Shown here: piece by piece, positions 24,905-34,937 of the stretch
Numbering within the stretch: position 1 is the first letter of the stretch
How the letters are laid out: every line of letters starts with the position of its first letter
Assembly: GCA_947303585.1 (NCBI GenBank)
Contig: CAMYYT010000003.1
Coordinates: 1 to 59,918, forward strand
Source: an uncultured Pseudomonadota bacterium
Lineage (GTDB): Bacteria; Pseudomonadota; Alphaproteobacteria; Rs-D84
Direction of reading: 5' to 3'
DNA length: 59,918 nt
Notes under the pieces: model-generated
What the model was told of the DNA's origin: nothing
What the model saw: only the letters and a program-made list of their open reading frames with translations
Databases searched by the model: none
Translations under genes and position numbers: made by a program

Positions 24905-26485
24905 ATGAACATGTATCAATTTTTAGAGCAGGTGGCGAAAGAATCGCCAAATGCTTTGTATTTGGTACGCGAAAAAATCACATTTAAAGAAGTTCTGAGA
25001 TTAATTCAAGCACGTGCAACAACACTTAAAAAAGCCGGGATAAAGGCGGGGGATGTGGTTGGTTTGTTGGCGCATAATATTCCAGAATTTCCTGTGACGC
25101 TTTTTGCTATATGGTATTTGGGCGGGACAGTTTTGTTGTTAGATACAAATTTGACTCCGTTTGAATACGATAATATGACCAAAACTGTTAAGTGTAAATT
25201 TGTGTGCGCTGAAAAATCTTTTTTCTACAAGGCAAAGGGTTTTAAGTTTTTTGATATAGAAACCAAAGATGATAAGCGGGATACAAAGTTAAAACCGGCT
25301 AAATTGGGTGATGATGATATTGCGACATTGTCGTTTACTTCGGGTTCTACTGGTCAGCCAAAGGTTGTGCCATTAACACATGGTAATTTGAAGACTTCTT
25401 CGGATTGTTATGCAGATATGGGACAATGGATTCACAAAAACGAAATAATGTATGGTTTTTTGCCTCTTTACCATGTATTTGGTTTTGCAGCAGGTATTTT
25501 GGCACCTATGCATTTTCATATGGGAATTTTATTGCAACCTACAATTAATCCAAAAAATATTTTGGATGATTTCAAAACTTATAAACCACATTGTATACCT
25601 GCAGTTCCTCGTTTGTGGGAAGTTTTTCGTAATAAAATTATTGAGGGAATTAAAGCACAACATAAATGGTGGTTGGTATCTTTTGTTTTGAAACATCAAA
25701 AAGTTTTGAACAAAACAGGTTTTTCATGGCTGGTAAGAAAGGTTCAAAAACCATTACAAGATATTTTTGGTGGACGTGTCAATTTGATGATTGCAGGTGG
25801 CGCTGCTACAAAACCAGAAGTGGAAAGTTTTTATGAATCTTTGGGTATAGCTTTTGTTCAAGGATACGGAATGACTGAAACAGTAGGACCGTTTTGTTGT
25901 TCAAGACCGGTAAAACATCGGGTGCCGTTTGCGTTTGGAACGCCCGTGGGGTGTTCAGAATGTACAATAAGGGATGCTGATGAAACCGGGGTTGGAACTT
26001 TGTGGGTTCGCGGACCGAATATATTCAAAGGTTATTTGAATAATGAAGCTGCTAATCAAGAATTGTTCGACAAAGATGGTTGGTTTAATACTGGCGATTT
26101 AGTATATTTGGATAAGAACAAACAGTATCATTTTGCAGGTCGTAAAAAACAAGTGATTGTTTTAGACAGCGGTAAAAATGTTTATCCTGATGAATTGGAA
26201 GCGCTCTTTATGGATATTGAAGGCGTGAAAAATGTCGCTGTGTTTGAACACAAAGTCAAAGGTAAAACTGTGACTTATGGTGTGTTTCAGGTTGAAGATG
26301 ATATGACTATGGATAAATTGTCCAAGGAAATTGCAAATCAAAACAAAAAAGTTGCGTCTTATAAATGGGTAACGCATTTTGCAATGACAAGTGACGATTT
26401 GCCTGTGACCAGTACTCAAAAGGTTAAACATCATATTGTTCGTCAAAATTTAATAGATGGAAAATATCCAAAAAAACATGAATAA
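24905..26485 (+). CDS. ANL-superfamily acyl-AMP-forming ligase (acyl-CoA/acyl-ACP synthetase-like), paralog 1 of 3, 526 aa
   Basis: AMP-binding motif SFTSGSTGQPKVVPLTH, QGYGMTET, TGDL, GRKKQVIVLDSGKNVYPDELE, C-terminal TSTQKVKHH. Confidence 0.85.
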   Translation: MNMYQFLEQVAKESPNALYLVREKITFKEVLRLIQARATTLKKAGIKAGDVVGLLAHNIPEFPVTLFAIWYLGGTVLLLDTNLTPFEYDNMTKTVKCKFVCAEKSFFYKAKGFKFFDIETKDDKRDTKLKPAKLGDDDIATLSFTSGSTGQPKVVPLTHGNLKTSSDCYADMGQWIHKNEIMYGFLPLYHVFGFAAGILAPMHFHMGILLQPTINPKNILDDFKTYKPHCIPAVPRLWEVFRNKIIEGIKAQHKWWLVSFVLKHQKVLNKTGFSWLVRKVQKPLQDIFGGRVNLMIAGGAATKPEVESFYESLGIAFVQGYGMTETVGPFCCSRPVKHRVPFAFGTPVGCSECTIRDADETGVGTLWVRGPNIFKGYLNNEAANQELFDKDGWFNTGDLVYLDKNKQYHFAGRKKQVIVLDSGKNVYPDELEALFMDIEGVKNVAVFEHKVKGKTVTYGVFQVEDDMTMDKLSKEIANQNKKVASYKWVTHFAMTSDDLPVTSTQKVKHHIVRQNLIDGKYPKKHE

Positions 26486-26518
26486 TTAATTGTTGGTTTT
26501 AATAAAGGGATAGAAATT

Positions 26519-28099
26519 ATGAATATGTATCAATTGTTAGAAAAAAATGTAAAAAGAAATCCAAAAACAGTATTTTTGGTTCGTGAAAATGTGACTTTTG
26601 AAGAATTGCCAAGTTTGGTTCAAGCGCGTGCTACAACCTTGAAGAAAGCGGGTGTAAAACCGGGTGATGTTGTTGGTTTGCTTTCGCACAATTTACCGCA
26701 ATTTCCAATAACTTTGTTTGCAATATGGTATTTGGGTGGAACGGTTTTGTTGCTGGATACAAATTTAACACCTGTGGAATATGAAAATATGGCTAAAACA
26801 ACCAAGTGTAAATTTGTATGTGCTGAAAAATCTTTCTTTTATGATACAAAGAATTTTAAGTTTTTTGATATAGAAACCAAAGATGGCGCGGCAGACAAAG
26901 ATTTAAAGCCATATCCATTAAAAGACGAAGATATTGCAACTATGTCGTTTACTTCTGGTTCAACAGGTAAACCAAAAGTTGTACCATTAACACATTTTAA
27001 TTTGGTTTCTTGTTCTGATAATTTGGAATATCTTAATCAATGGTTAAAGCCAGGAGAAATGTTTTATGCGTTTTTACCTCTTTACCATGTGTTTGGCTTT
27101 GCAGTTGGATTTTTAGCACCTCTTCATTTCGGTATGGGAATTTTGTTGCAATCGACAATTAATCCTAATGCAATTATGGCAGATTTTGCGCAATATAAAC
27201 CACAGGTTATACCTGCTGTGCCAAAGTTGTGGGAAATTTTCCGCAAAAAGATTATTGATGGTATCAAGGCCAAGAAGAAGTGGTGGTTGGTATCATTTAT
27301 TATGAATAATCAAAAATGGTTGCGTATGATTGGATTAGGTAAATTGGTTGACAAAGTTTTGAATCAAATTCGCGCAGTATTTGGCGGCCGTGCTAGATTG
27401 TTGGTTGCTGGGGGTGCTGCGACAAAACCAGAAGTTGAAAAATTCTATACTCAATTGGGTATGGCGTTTGTTCAAGGTTATGGTATGACTGAAACAGTTG
27501 GACCAATTTGTTGTTCAAAGCCTTTGAAAAAACGTGTTCCGTATGCTTTCGGTGCGCCAATGGGTGACACGGTATGTGAAATTCGCAACAAAGACGAAGA
27601 TGGTATTGGTATGTTGTGGGTTCGCGGAAATCAAGTTTTGTGCGGATATATGGATAATGATGCTGCTAATAAAGAAGCTTTTGATAAAGACGGATTCTTC
27701 TGTACAGGCGATTTAGTATCCATGGATAAAAACGGTGAATTACATTTTGCAGGTCGCAAAAAACAAGTGATTGTTTTGGACAGTGGTAAAAATGTTTATC
27801 CTGATGAATTGGAAGGCTTGTTTATTGAAATACCTGGTGTAAAAAGTGTTGCTGTGTTTGAACACGAAATTAACGACAAAACTGTTGCGTACGGGGTATT
27901 TAGTGTGGAACCAGATATGACCATGGAAAAATTGGCAAAAGAAATTGCAGAAAAGAATAAAAAAGTTGCTTCATATAAATGGGTAACTCACTTTGCGATG
28001 ACAACTGATGATTTGCCTGTAACTAGTACACAGAAAATAAAACATCATGTTGTTCGCCAATGGTTGAAAGATGGCAAATATACAAATAGACACGAATAG
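26519..28099 (+). CDS. ANL-superfamily acyl-AMP-forming ligase, paralog 2 of 3, 526 aa
   Basis: Collinear with paralog 1 over its full length. SFTSGSTGKPKVVPLTH, QGYGMTET, GRKKQVIVLDSGKNVYPDELE, TSTQKIKHH. Confidence 0.85.
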   Translation: MNMYQLLEKNVKRNPKTVFLVRENVTFEELPSLVQARATTLKKAGVKPGDVVGLLSHNLPQFPITLFAIWYLGGTVLLLDTNLTPVEYENMAKTTKCKFVCAEKSFFYDTKNFKFFDIETKDGAADKDLKPYPLKDEDIATMSFTSGSTGKPKVVPLTHFNLVSCSDNLEYLNQWLKPGEMFYAFLPLYHVFGFAVGFLAPLHFGMGILLQSTINPNAIMADFAQYKPQVIPAVPKLWEIFRKKIIDGIKAKKKWWLVSFIMNNQKWLRMIGLGKLVDKVLNQIRAVFGGRARLLVAGGAATKPEVEKFYTQLGMAFVQGYGMTETVGPICCSKPLKKRVPYAFGAPMGDTVCEIRNKDEDGIGMLWVRGNQVLCGYMDNDAANKEAFDKDGFFCTGDLVSMDKNGELHFAGRKKQVIVLDSGKNVYPDELEGLFIEIPGVKSVAVFEHEINDKTVAYGVFSVEPDMTMEKLAKEIAEKNKKVASYKWVTHFAMTTDDLPVTSTQKIKHHVVRQWLKDGKYTNRHE

Positions 28100-28126
28100 T
28101 GATAAGGAAACAAAGGTAGGTACACA

Positions 28127-29707
28127 ATGAATATGTATCAAAAATTAGAAAATGCAGTAAATCAATGGCCAGAAAATTTATTTTTGGTCCGTGAAAATAT
28201 TACTTATTCTGAATTTTTAAATCAAGTGCGCGCACGTGCGACAACACTTAATAAAGCAGGGATAAAACCTGGGGATGTTGTTGGGATTTTATCTCATAAT
28301 TTACCCCAGTTTCCATTAACTTTGTTTGCTGTGTGGTATTTGGGCGCTACGGTTTTAATGTTGGATACAAATTTAACACCACGCGAATATGACAAAATGT
28401 GTGAAATTGCAGGATGCAAATTTGTATGCGGGGAACCTTCGTTCTTTTATAAAACAAATAAATTTAAGTTTTATGATATAACAAAGAAAGACGGCAGTAT
28501 TGATTATGATTTAAGGGCTTATCCTTCGGAATCAACAGATGTTGCGACTATGTCGTTTACTTCTGGTTCAACTGGGACTCCAAAGGTTGTACCGCTAACA
28601 CATTTTAATTTGGTAGAATGTGCAAATTCTTTGGAAGATATGTCTGATTATTATCATTCTGGCGAAATAATGTATGGCTTTTTGCCTTTGTATCATATAT
28701 TTGGGTTTGCTGTTTGTATATTAGGGACAATTCAATATGGTGGGGGACTGGTTTTGCAACCTGTGGTTAATCCAAAATATATTCTGGATGATTTTAAGAA
28801 ATTTAGACCACATGTTATCCCTGTTGTTCCGCGCGTTTTGGAATTGTTCCGTAACAAGATTATCGATGGAATGAAACAACAAAAGAAATGGCGCGTCGCA
28901 TCTTTCATTTTGAACAATCAAAAAACTTTGAAAGATATGGGGCTTGATTTTGTTGTTCGCAAAGTCCAAGAACCATTATTGGAAATTTTTGGTGGACGCG
29001 TCCGTTTGCTTATTGCAGGTGGTGCAGCCACTAAACCAGAAGTGGAAAATTTCTATGAATCTTTGGGGTTGGCTTTTATCCAAGGATATGGTTTAACAGA
29101 AACTGTCGGGCCAATTTGTATTTCTAAACCTACAAATAAAAGATTGGCTTATTCTGTTGGGGCGCCCACATCTAATAACGAATGCGAAATTCGTGACAAA
29201 GATGAAAACGGCGTGGGTATTTTATGGGTGCGTGGACACCAAGTGTTTAATGGCTACCTTAATAATGACGAAGTCAACGCGACAGTATTTGATGAAAAAG
29301 GTTTCTTTAATACTGGCGATATGATGTATATGGATAAAAATGGCGAATTACATTTTGCAGGTCGTAAAAAACAAGTGATAGTTTTGGACAGCGGTAAAAA
29401 TGTTTATCCAGATGAATTAGAAGGCTTGTTTATGGAAATAGACGGGGTTAAAAATGTTGCTGTGTTTGAACACAAAGTGGGGGACAAAACTGTTGCATAC
29501 GGCGTATTCCAAGTTGAACCAGGTATGACAATGGAAAAATTGGCTGCCGCAGTTGCCGAAGCAAACAAGAAAGTGGCATCTTATAAATGGGTGACGCACT
29601 TTGCGATGACAACCGAAGATTTGCCGATGACCAGCACTCAAAAAGTCAAACATCATATTGTTCGACAGAAGTTAATTGATGGGGAATATCCTGAAAGACA
29701 CGAATAA
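28127..29707 (+). CDS. ANL-superfamily acyl-AMP-forming ligase, paralog 3 of 3, 526 aa
   Basis: Collinear with paralogs 1 and 2. SFTSGSTGTPKVVPLTH, QGYGLTET, GRKKQVIVLDSGKNVYPDELE, TSTQKVKHH. Confidence 0.85.
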   Translation: MNMYQKLENAVNQWPENLFLVRENITYSEFLNQVRARATTLNKAGIKPGDVVGILSHNLPQFPLTLFAVWYLGATVLMLDTNLTPREYDKMCEIAGCKFVCGEPSFFYKTNKFKFYDITKKDGSIDYDLRAYPSESTDVATMSFTSGSTGTPKVVPLTHFNLVECANSLEDMSDYYHSGEIMYGFLPLYHIFGFAVCILGTIQYGGGLVLQPVVNPKYILDDFKKFRPHVIPVVPRVLELFRNKIIDGMKQQKKWRVASFILNNQKTLKDMGLDFVVRKVQEPLLEIFGGRVRLLIAGGAATKPEVENFYESLGLAFIQGYGLTETVGPICISKPTNKRLAYSVGAPTSNNECEIRDKDENGVGILWVRGHQVFNGYLNNDEVNATVFDEKGFFNTGDMMYMDKNGELHFAGRKKQVIVLDSGKNVYPDELEGLFMEIDGVKNVAVFEHKVGDKTVAYGVFQVEPGMTMEKLAAAVAEANKKVASYKWVTHFAMTTEDLPMTSTQKVKHHIVRQKLIDGEYPERHE

Positions 29708-29711
29708 AAAA

Positions 29712-29737
29712 AGCCGCCCAATCGGGCGGTTTTTTTA
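29712..29737. terminator. Bidirectional Rho-independent terminator
   Basis: AAAAAA GCCGCCC aatc GGGCGG TTTTTTT between the third ligase gene (+) and mnmE (-). Confidence 0.8.
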
Positions 29738-31027
29738 TTTTCCTAAACACAATCTTTGAAATGTCATATCGGCGATTTCGTTCGTTGTTATTACGCCAAG
29801 AATTTTCCCGATTGCATCGCCTGCGCGACGAACATGTTCTGCGAATATATCGTAATTGCCGTCGTATTTATCTAGTGCGTTTTGAAGTTCGCTGACTGAT
29901 TCGTTTAATAATTCATAAGTGCGTTCATTAATTGCCAACTTAGATTCGCCGTTTCCCATTAATTCATGCATTTTTTCTTTGATTGTTTTTAATAACTTAT
30001 CAAATCCAGTATTGTTTTTTACAGATGTATAAATAACGCGTTTGCTGGTTTTGCTTTTTAATAAATCAGATTTATTTATGATTGTGATGCCGTCTGTTTT
30101 TAATTCGCGTGGCATTTCGTTATAAACATATAAAATTAAATCTGCGTTTTCGATTTCGTTATGTGTGCGTTCAATTCCTATTTTTTCTATTTTATTGCGA
30201 GATTGGCGGATACCTGCGGTGTCGGACAGGTTTACCAGATATCCATCTATATCAATTTGTTGTGAAACTACATCACGTGTGGTGCCAGCGATATCGGAAA
30301 CTATTGCACGATTAGAACCAACTAATTTATTAAATATGGATGATTTACCAACATTTGTTTTTCCAACCAAAACGATATTGAATCCATTTTGTATCGCACG
30401 CGAAGCGCGGCTTTGAGATAGGGACGATTTTATTTCTTCCAATAATTTTTTTGTTTTGTTCAATATTTTTTTATCAATATTTTTTGGTAATTCATCATCA
30501 GCATAATCAAGAATTGCCGCGCTGTACGCAGATATTTCAATCATAGATTCGCGCCAATTATTATAAACAATCGAATCGCGTCCGGTTAAAGAGCGTAAAG
30601 CATTTTGTCTTTGTTTGTCAGTCTTGGCATCCAAAAGCGCAATCAAGCCGTCTACATCAGTCAAATCCATTTTGTTGTTATAAAAGGCGCGTCTTGAAAA
30701 TTCACCGCGATTCGCAATGCGACAACCGTTGATGCGTAAAAATTCAAAAATTTTATTTATAACAGCAGGACTGCCGTGGCTGTGAATTTCAATAATGTCT
30801 TCGCCAGTAAAAGAATAGGGCGCGTTAAAATAAATCGCAATACATTGGTCGATTAAATCACCATTGTCGTCTTTGAGATTTGTAAAATACGCATGACGCG
30901 ATTCTGGTTTCTTTTTGTTTATAATGTGTTTGAAAAGTTTTGATAAATCGTTCCCACTTATGCGAATAACTGCGACACCTGATTTCCCAGGCGCAGATGA
31001 CAAAGCAAAGATAGTGTCGTTATTCAT
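29735..31027 (-). CDS. mnmE: tRNA modification GTPase MnmE (TrmE)
   Basis: N-terminal DTIFALSS..G.GVAVIRISG, G domain GKTNVGKSSIFN / DTAGIR / NKSDL, C-terminal CLGK. Confidence 0.9.
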   Translation of the reverse strand: MNNDTIFALSSAPGKSGVAVIRISGNDLSKLFKHIINKKKPESRHAYFTNLKDDNGDLIDQCIAIYFNAPYSFTGEDIIEIHSHGSPAVINKIFEFLRINGCRIANRGEFSRRAFYNNKMDLTDVDGLIALLDAKTDKQRQNALRSLTGRDSIVYNNWRESMIEISAYSAAILDYADDELPKNIDKKILNKTKKLLEEIKSSLSQSRASRAIQNGFNIVLVGKTNVGKSSIFNKLVGSNRAIVSDIAGTTRDVVSQQIDIDGYLVNLSDTAGIRQSRNKIEKIGIERTHNEIENADLILYVYNEMPRELKTDGITIINKSDLLKSKTSKRVIYTSVKNNTGFDKLLKTIKEKMHELMGNGESKLAINERTYELLNESVSELQNALDKYDGNYDIFAEHVRRAGDAIGKILGVITTNEIADMTFQRLCLGK

Positions 31028-31031
31028 ATCT

Positions 31032-31604
31032 TTATTTCCCGCTTATTTCTTTTAATGCCATTGGAACCAATTTAGAAACATCTAACATAGGATTATTGGA
31101 CACCAGTTTTTGCGCCATATCAATTATATCCATGCGTCTGTATCCCAAGCTTTCCAATGCCGCCAATAAATCAGGCAATGCGCCACTAGTGTTATCTGCC
31201 CCAAAATCAAAATTGCCACCACCAATTTTGTTCTTTAATTCAACGATGATTTTTTCAGCGACTTTTTTGCCAACCCCGGGCGCAGTTGCGATGGTCTTGG
31301 CATCCCCAGTTGCAATAGCAGTCATTAGTGTATCTGTTTTTATTGTTGCCATTATGGCAAGCGCTACTTTGGGACCAACGCCAGAAACAGTTGTTAATTG
31401 ATTGAATAAATTTTGTGCCGCGATAGTGGAAAAACCAAATAATCTTATGGAATCTTCGCGAACAATGGTTTCTATCCAAAGATTGGCGGGTGCTTTCAAA
31501 GCAAAGGTTTCAGGCGTATACACTTTATATCCGACTGGTCCCGCCATTAAAATTACAAACCCATCACCAATATAATCAATTACACCTTGCAATTTTCCAA
31601 TCAT
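31032..31604 (-). CDS. ruvA: Holliday junction DNA helicase subunit RuvA
   Basis: MIGKLQGVIDYIGDGFVILMAGPVGYKVY..., HhH motifs (VSGVGPKVALAI, APGVGKKVAEKI). 190 aa. Confidence 0.9.
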   Translation of the reverse strand: MIGKLQGVIDYIGDGFVILMAGPVGYKVYTPETFALKAPANLWIETIVREDSIRLFGFSTIAAQNLFNQLTTVSGVGPKVALAIMATIKTDTLMTAIATGDAKTIATAPGVGKKVAEKIIVELKNKIGGGNFDFGADNTSGALPDLLAALESLGYRRMDIIDMAQKLVSNNPMLDVSKLVPMALKEISGK

Positions 31605-31654
31605 CTGTTATCCTTTTAGCGTAATTTTAATACAATTTAATCAAAAGGTCAAAT

Positions 31655-32371
31655 ATGAGTGGACACAGCAAATGGCACAACATCCAACATAAAAAAGGAT
31701 TGGTTGATGCAGCGCGCAGCGGTTTGTTTACAAAACTGGCACGTGAAATAACTATGGCGGCAAAATTGGGTGATAAGAATCCAGATAACAACCCAAGATT
31801 GAGATTAGCAATTTTACAAGCACGTAAAAATTCTATGCCTAATGACAACATTAAACGTGCTATTGAAAAGGCTTCTGGTTCTAATACAGATAATTTTGTG
31901 GCGGTCAGATACGAAGGTTATGGTCCAAACGCTGTGCCTGTAATTGTAGAGGCTTTGACAGATAATCCACGCAGAACAGTTCCCGAAGTTCGCAACATTT
32001 TTGCTAAAAATGGCGGAAATATGGGCGAAGAAGGTTCTGTGGTATTTATGTTTTCACATGTGGGACAGATTATGTATCCTGCATCCATTGGTAAAACAGA
32101 AGATGAAATGATGGAATTGGTTATGGAAGTGGATGCTGATAATTTGGAAACATCCGAAGAAGGCTTTATAATCACTACAAAACCAGATAATTTTATGAAT
32201 GTTCAAAAGGCGTTGGCTGATAAATTGGGCGAACCTGAAAACGCTGAATTAACTTGGATTCCAAATATGCCTATGGATTTGGACGACGAAGCGTATGCCA
32301 AAGTTGAAAAGTTGGTTGATGCACTGGATGCCAATGATGATGTGCAGAAAGTATTCACTGCTGCAGCATAA
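31655..32371 (+). CDS. yebC: YebC/PmpR family DNA-binding transcriptional regulator
   Basis: MSGHSKWHNIQHKKG...AR.NSMPNDNIKRAI... canonical YebC N-terminus. 238 aa. Confidence 0.9.
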   Translation: MSGHSKWHNIQHKKGLVDAARSGLFTKLAREITMAAKLGDKNPDNNPRLRLAILQARKNSMPNDNIKRAIEKASGSNTDNFVAVRYEGYGPNAVPVIVEALTDNPRRTVPEVRNIFAKNGGNMGEEGSVVFMFSHVGQIMYPASIGKTEDEMMELVMEVDADNLETSEEGFIITTKPDNFMNVQKALADKLGEPENAELTWIPNMPMDLDDEAYAKVEKLVDALDANDDVQKVFTAAA

Positions 32372-32395
32372 TCTGTTGAACCATTTTAATTTTAT

Positions 32396-32424
32396 AAAAA
32401 AAACCGCCGATTCGGCGGTTTTTC
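32396..32424. terminator. Bidirectional Rho-independent terminator
   Basis: AAAAAAA ACCGCCGA t TCGGCGGT TTTT between yebC (+) and secB (-). Confidence 0.8.
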
Positions 32425-32443
32425 AATTTTTTTTCTTAACCTT

Positions 32444-32902
32444 TTATTGATTTGCAGGTTTTGGTGTTGCTTGGTTAGCAGCCGCCTTTTGTCTTTGTTC
32501 ATAAAGGTCTGCAAAATCAACTGGTTGCATTGTAAATGCTGGGAATCCAGATTCTGCTGTTAATCTGGTCACCATTGCGCGAACCGATGGGAACAATAAT
32601 GTTGGAACATCAATCAACAATGTTTTCTTTTTTGCTTCTTCGTCTTTTTCTTCGTATTGAACCATTCCGGTATATGTAGATTCAATCATAAATATAGTTT
32701 TATTGTCTTTTTCTAATTTAGAATGAACCTTGGTAATCAAATCGACCATAAATAAGTTATTGTCTGCACCTTTGATATTGATATCAATGTTGATTTCAAT
32801 TTTTGCCTGACCATTGTCTTGCTTAAAGAACAATTCTGGTACATTTGGGCTTTCGAAAGAGATGTCTTTTAAGAATTGAGATATAATATTAAACTTTGGC
32901 AT
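32444..32902 (-). CDS. secB: Protein-export chaperone SecB
   Basis: 152 aa, FNIISQFLKDISFESPN...LLFPSVRAMVTRLTAESGFPAFTMQPVDF, typical SecB. Confidence 0.85.
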   Translation of the reverse strand: MPKFNIISQFLKDISFESPNVPELFFKQDNGQAKIEINIDINIKGADNNLFMVDLITKVHSKLEKDNKTIFMIESTYTGMVQYEEKDEEAKKKTLLIDVPTLLFPSVRAMVTRLTAESGFPAFTMQPVDFADLYEQRQKAAANQATPKPANQ

Positions 32903-32984
32903 AACATTTGCTCCTTTTTTTATCCTCGGTTTTATGATAATATAGCATTAAGAATTTATTTTTACAAGTGGGGGAGTATATAAA

Positions 32985-34079
32985 ATGTTAAATTTATATA
33001 AAATAGTTAGAATTGTTGGTTTTTTAGGGATTGTTATATCTATGGCGGGGTGCGATTTATCAGTAAAAACCTATGATGGGGATAATTCAAAGCTTCCTTC
33101 GAATTTGCGGGCGGTGTCGTATTCGTCTTTGCCGGGATGGCGTGATGATGATGTTCGGTATGCTCTTCAGGCATTCCGTAATACTTGCAAAGCCAAGATT
33201 CAATACAAAGGGTCTGTGGTGCCAGATGCTAATTTATTACAAGAAAAATGCAATATGTTACCAAGTGCCAGTGCTGATGTTGCTACTGTGCGGGCTTGGT
33301 TTGAATCTCATTTCCAACCATATCAGGTTTATAATGAAAAGGGTGGCAAGACAGGGACTTATACTGGATATTATTCTCCTGTGATAGCGGGTTGCAGAAA
33401 ACAAAGCGCAAAGTGTAATGAACCTATTATGGGGGTGCCGACAAATGGGACTAATTACAAGGGGGTTGCCAAAAAAGATATTGTGAATAAAAAAATAGGG
33501 CGTATATTGTATTGGGCTAATATGGTTGATGTTCAAAATTTACAAATCCAGGGAAGCGGTATGTTGAAGTTGGAAGACGGTTCTTTGGTGAAACTTAATT
33601 TTGCAGCAGTAAATGATATGCCTTTCAAATCTATTGGTGGGCAATTACAAGAACGTGGAATTAAGCCTGCGGGGGGATATAGTGCTGATGCGGTATGGAC
33701 ACATTTGAAACAAAATCCGAAATTAGCAAAAGAAGTTATTTATAACAATCCGCGCTATGTATATTTTTACGAATCGCCACAACATAGTGTGATTGGAAAA
33801 TTAGGGACACCACTTTCAAAAATACGAAGTGTTGCAATGGATGATTCTTTGTATACATTGGGGCTGCCGGTGTATGTAAATACAACTTTGTCTGATGGTC
33901 GTCCGTTTAATCGTTTGATGATTGCTCAAGATACAGGTGGCGCGATTAAAGGGTGGATACGTGCGGATATATTCTTTGGTTCTGGAGATGAAGCATACAA
34001 GGTTGCACATGGGCAACATTCGCAAGGTCAGATGTTTATTTTGATGCCAAAGGTTTATACTTATGTCAAACCAAGATAA
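32985..34079 (+). CDS. mltA: Membrane-bound lytic murein transglycosylase A
   Basis: Signal/lipobox ISMAGC. MltA blocks (YYSPV..G, QIQGSG.L.L.DGS, DTGGAIKG..R.D.F.G.G..A). Confidence 0.85.
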   Translation: MLNLYKIVRIVGFLGIVISMAGCDLSVKTYDGDNSKLPSNLRAVSYSSLPGWRDDDVRYALQAFRNTCKAKIQYKGSVVPDANLLQEKCNMLPSASADVATVRAWFESHFQPYQVYNEKGGKTGTYTGYYSPVIAGCRKQSAKCNEPIMGVPTNGTNYKGVAKKDIVNKKIGRILYWANMVDVQNLQIQGSGMLKLEDGSLVKLNFAAVNDMPFKSIGGQLQERGIKPAGGYSADAVWTHLKQNPKLAKEVIYNNPRYVYFYESPQHSVIGKLGTPLSKIRSVAMDDSLYTLGLPVYVNTTLSDGRPFNRLMIAQDTGGAIKGWIRADIFFGSGDEAYKVAHGQHSQGQMFILMPKVYTYVKPR

Positions 34080-34398
34080 GAAAATAAATCTTGATATTCG
34101 AAAATCACGACCACAAACTTTGGCGGCGGTGTTCGGTGGGTTTATGGAATTGTTGGGTGGTCGTGTGGCTGATGCGGATTTGGCAAAAAATTGGGACAGC
34201 ATAGTTGGCAAAGATATTTCAAATATTGCCAAAGTTGTTGCTGTGAAAAAGGTCAGAGATAAAAAATTAAATATAGTCTTACGTCCCGTGTCGCCTGCGT
34301 TTGCGCTGGAATTATCTTATAAAAAAGAAGAATGTAAAAATAAAATTAACAAATATTATGGTCGGGACGCTGTGGATAAAATAATAATCAGGAAATAA
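34063..34398 (+). CDS. DUF721 (DciA-like) protein
   Basis: 111 aa. W..IVG..I...A.VV..K...L.IV.RP.SPAFALEL pattern typical of DUF721. Overlaps the mltA end by 17 nt. Confidence 0.55.
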   Translation: MSNQDKKINLDIRKSRPQTLAAVFGGFMELLGGRVADADLAKNWDSIVGKDISNIAKVVAVKKVRDKKLNIVLRPVSPAFALELSYKKEECKNKINKYYGRDAVDKIIIRK

Positions 34399-34399
34399 T

Positions 34400-34876
34400 A
34401 TGAAAAGAATTTTAGGTATTGACCCTGGGCTTTTGCATACTGGTTGGGCAATTATAGATGTTGCCGGTTCAACACGTAAATATGTTGCCAGTGGTGTTAT
34501 TTTACCGCCAACAAAAATGGATTTTCCAAAAAGATTGGCTTTTATTTTTAATGGTATCAATGAATTGTGTGAAAATTTTAAGCCAAATGAATGCAGTATT
34601 GAAATTATATTTGTTAATAAAAATGGAAAAACAACACTTTTGTTGGGGCATGCACGTGCTGCGGCAATTACGGCGGTTGCTTTAAGAGATATACCTGTGT
34701 TTGAATATGAACCGAACAAAGTAAAAAAGGCTTTGACTGGGATGGGACACGCAGACAAAGATCAAATTTACAAAATGTTATCGATTTTATTGCCGGGCGC
34801 TCATCCAAAGACTGCCGATGAAAGTGACGCCATAGCAATTGCGTTAACTCATGCTAATACTTCGCGGTTCGGGTAA
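34400..34876 (+). CDS. ruvC: Crossover junction endodeoxyribonuclease RuvC
   Basis: MKRILGIDPGLLHTGWAIID..., ...ADESDAIAIALTHA catalytic-acid blocks. 158 aa. Confidence 0.9.
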   Translation: MKRILGIDPGLLHTGWAIIDVAGSTRKYVASGVILPPTKMDFPKRLAFIFNGINELCENFKPNECSIEIIFVNKNGKTTLLLGHARAAAITAVALRDIPVFEYEPNKVKKALTGMGHADKDQIYKMLSILLPGAHPKTADESDAIAIALTHANTSRFG

Positions 34877-34937
34877 TTAAATTTTTCTGTTTATTAAATT
34901 TTGAATTGTTGTTATATTAATTAGCAGAAGGGATTAA

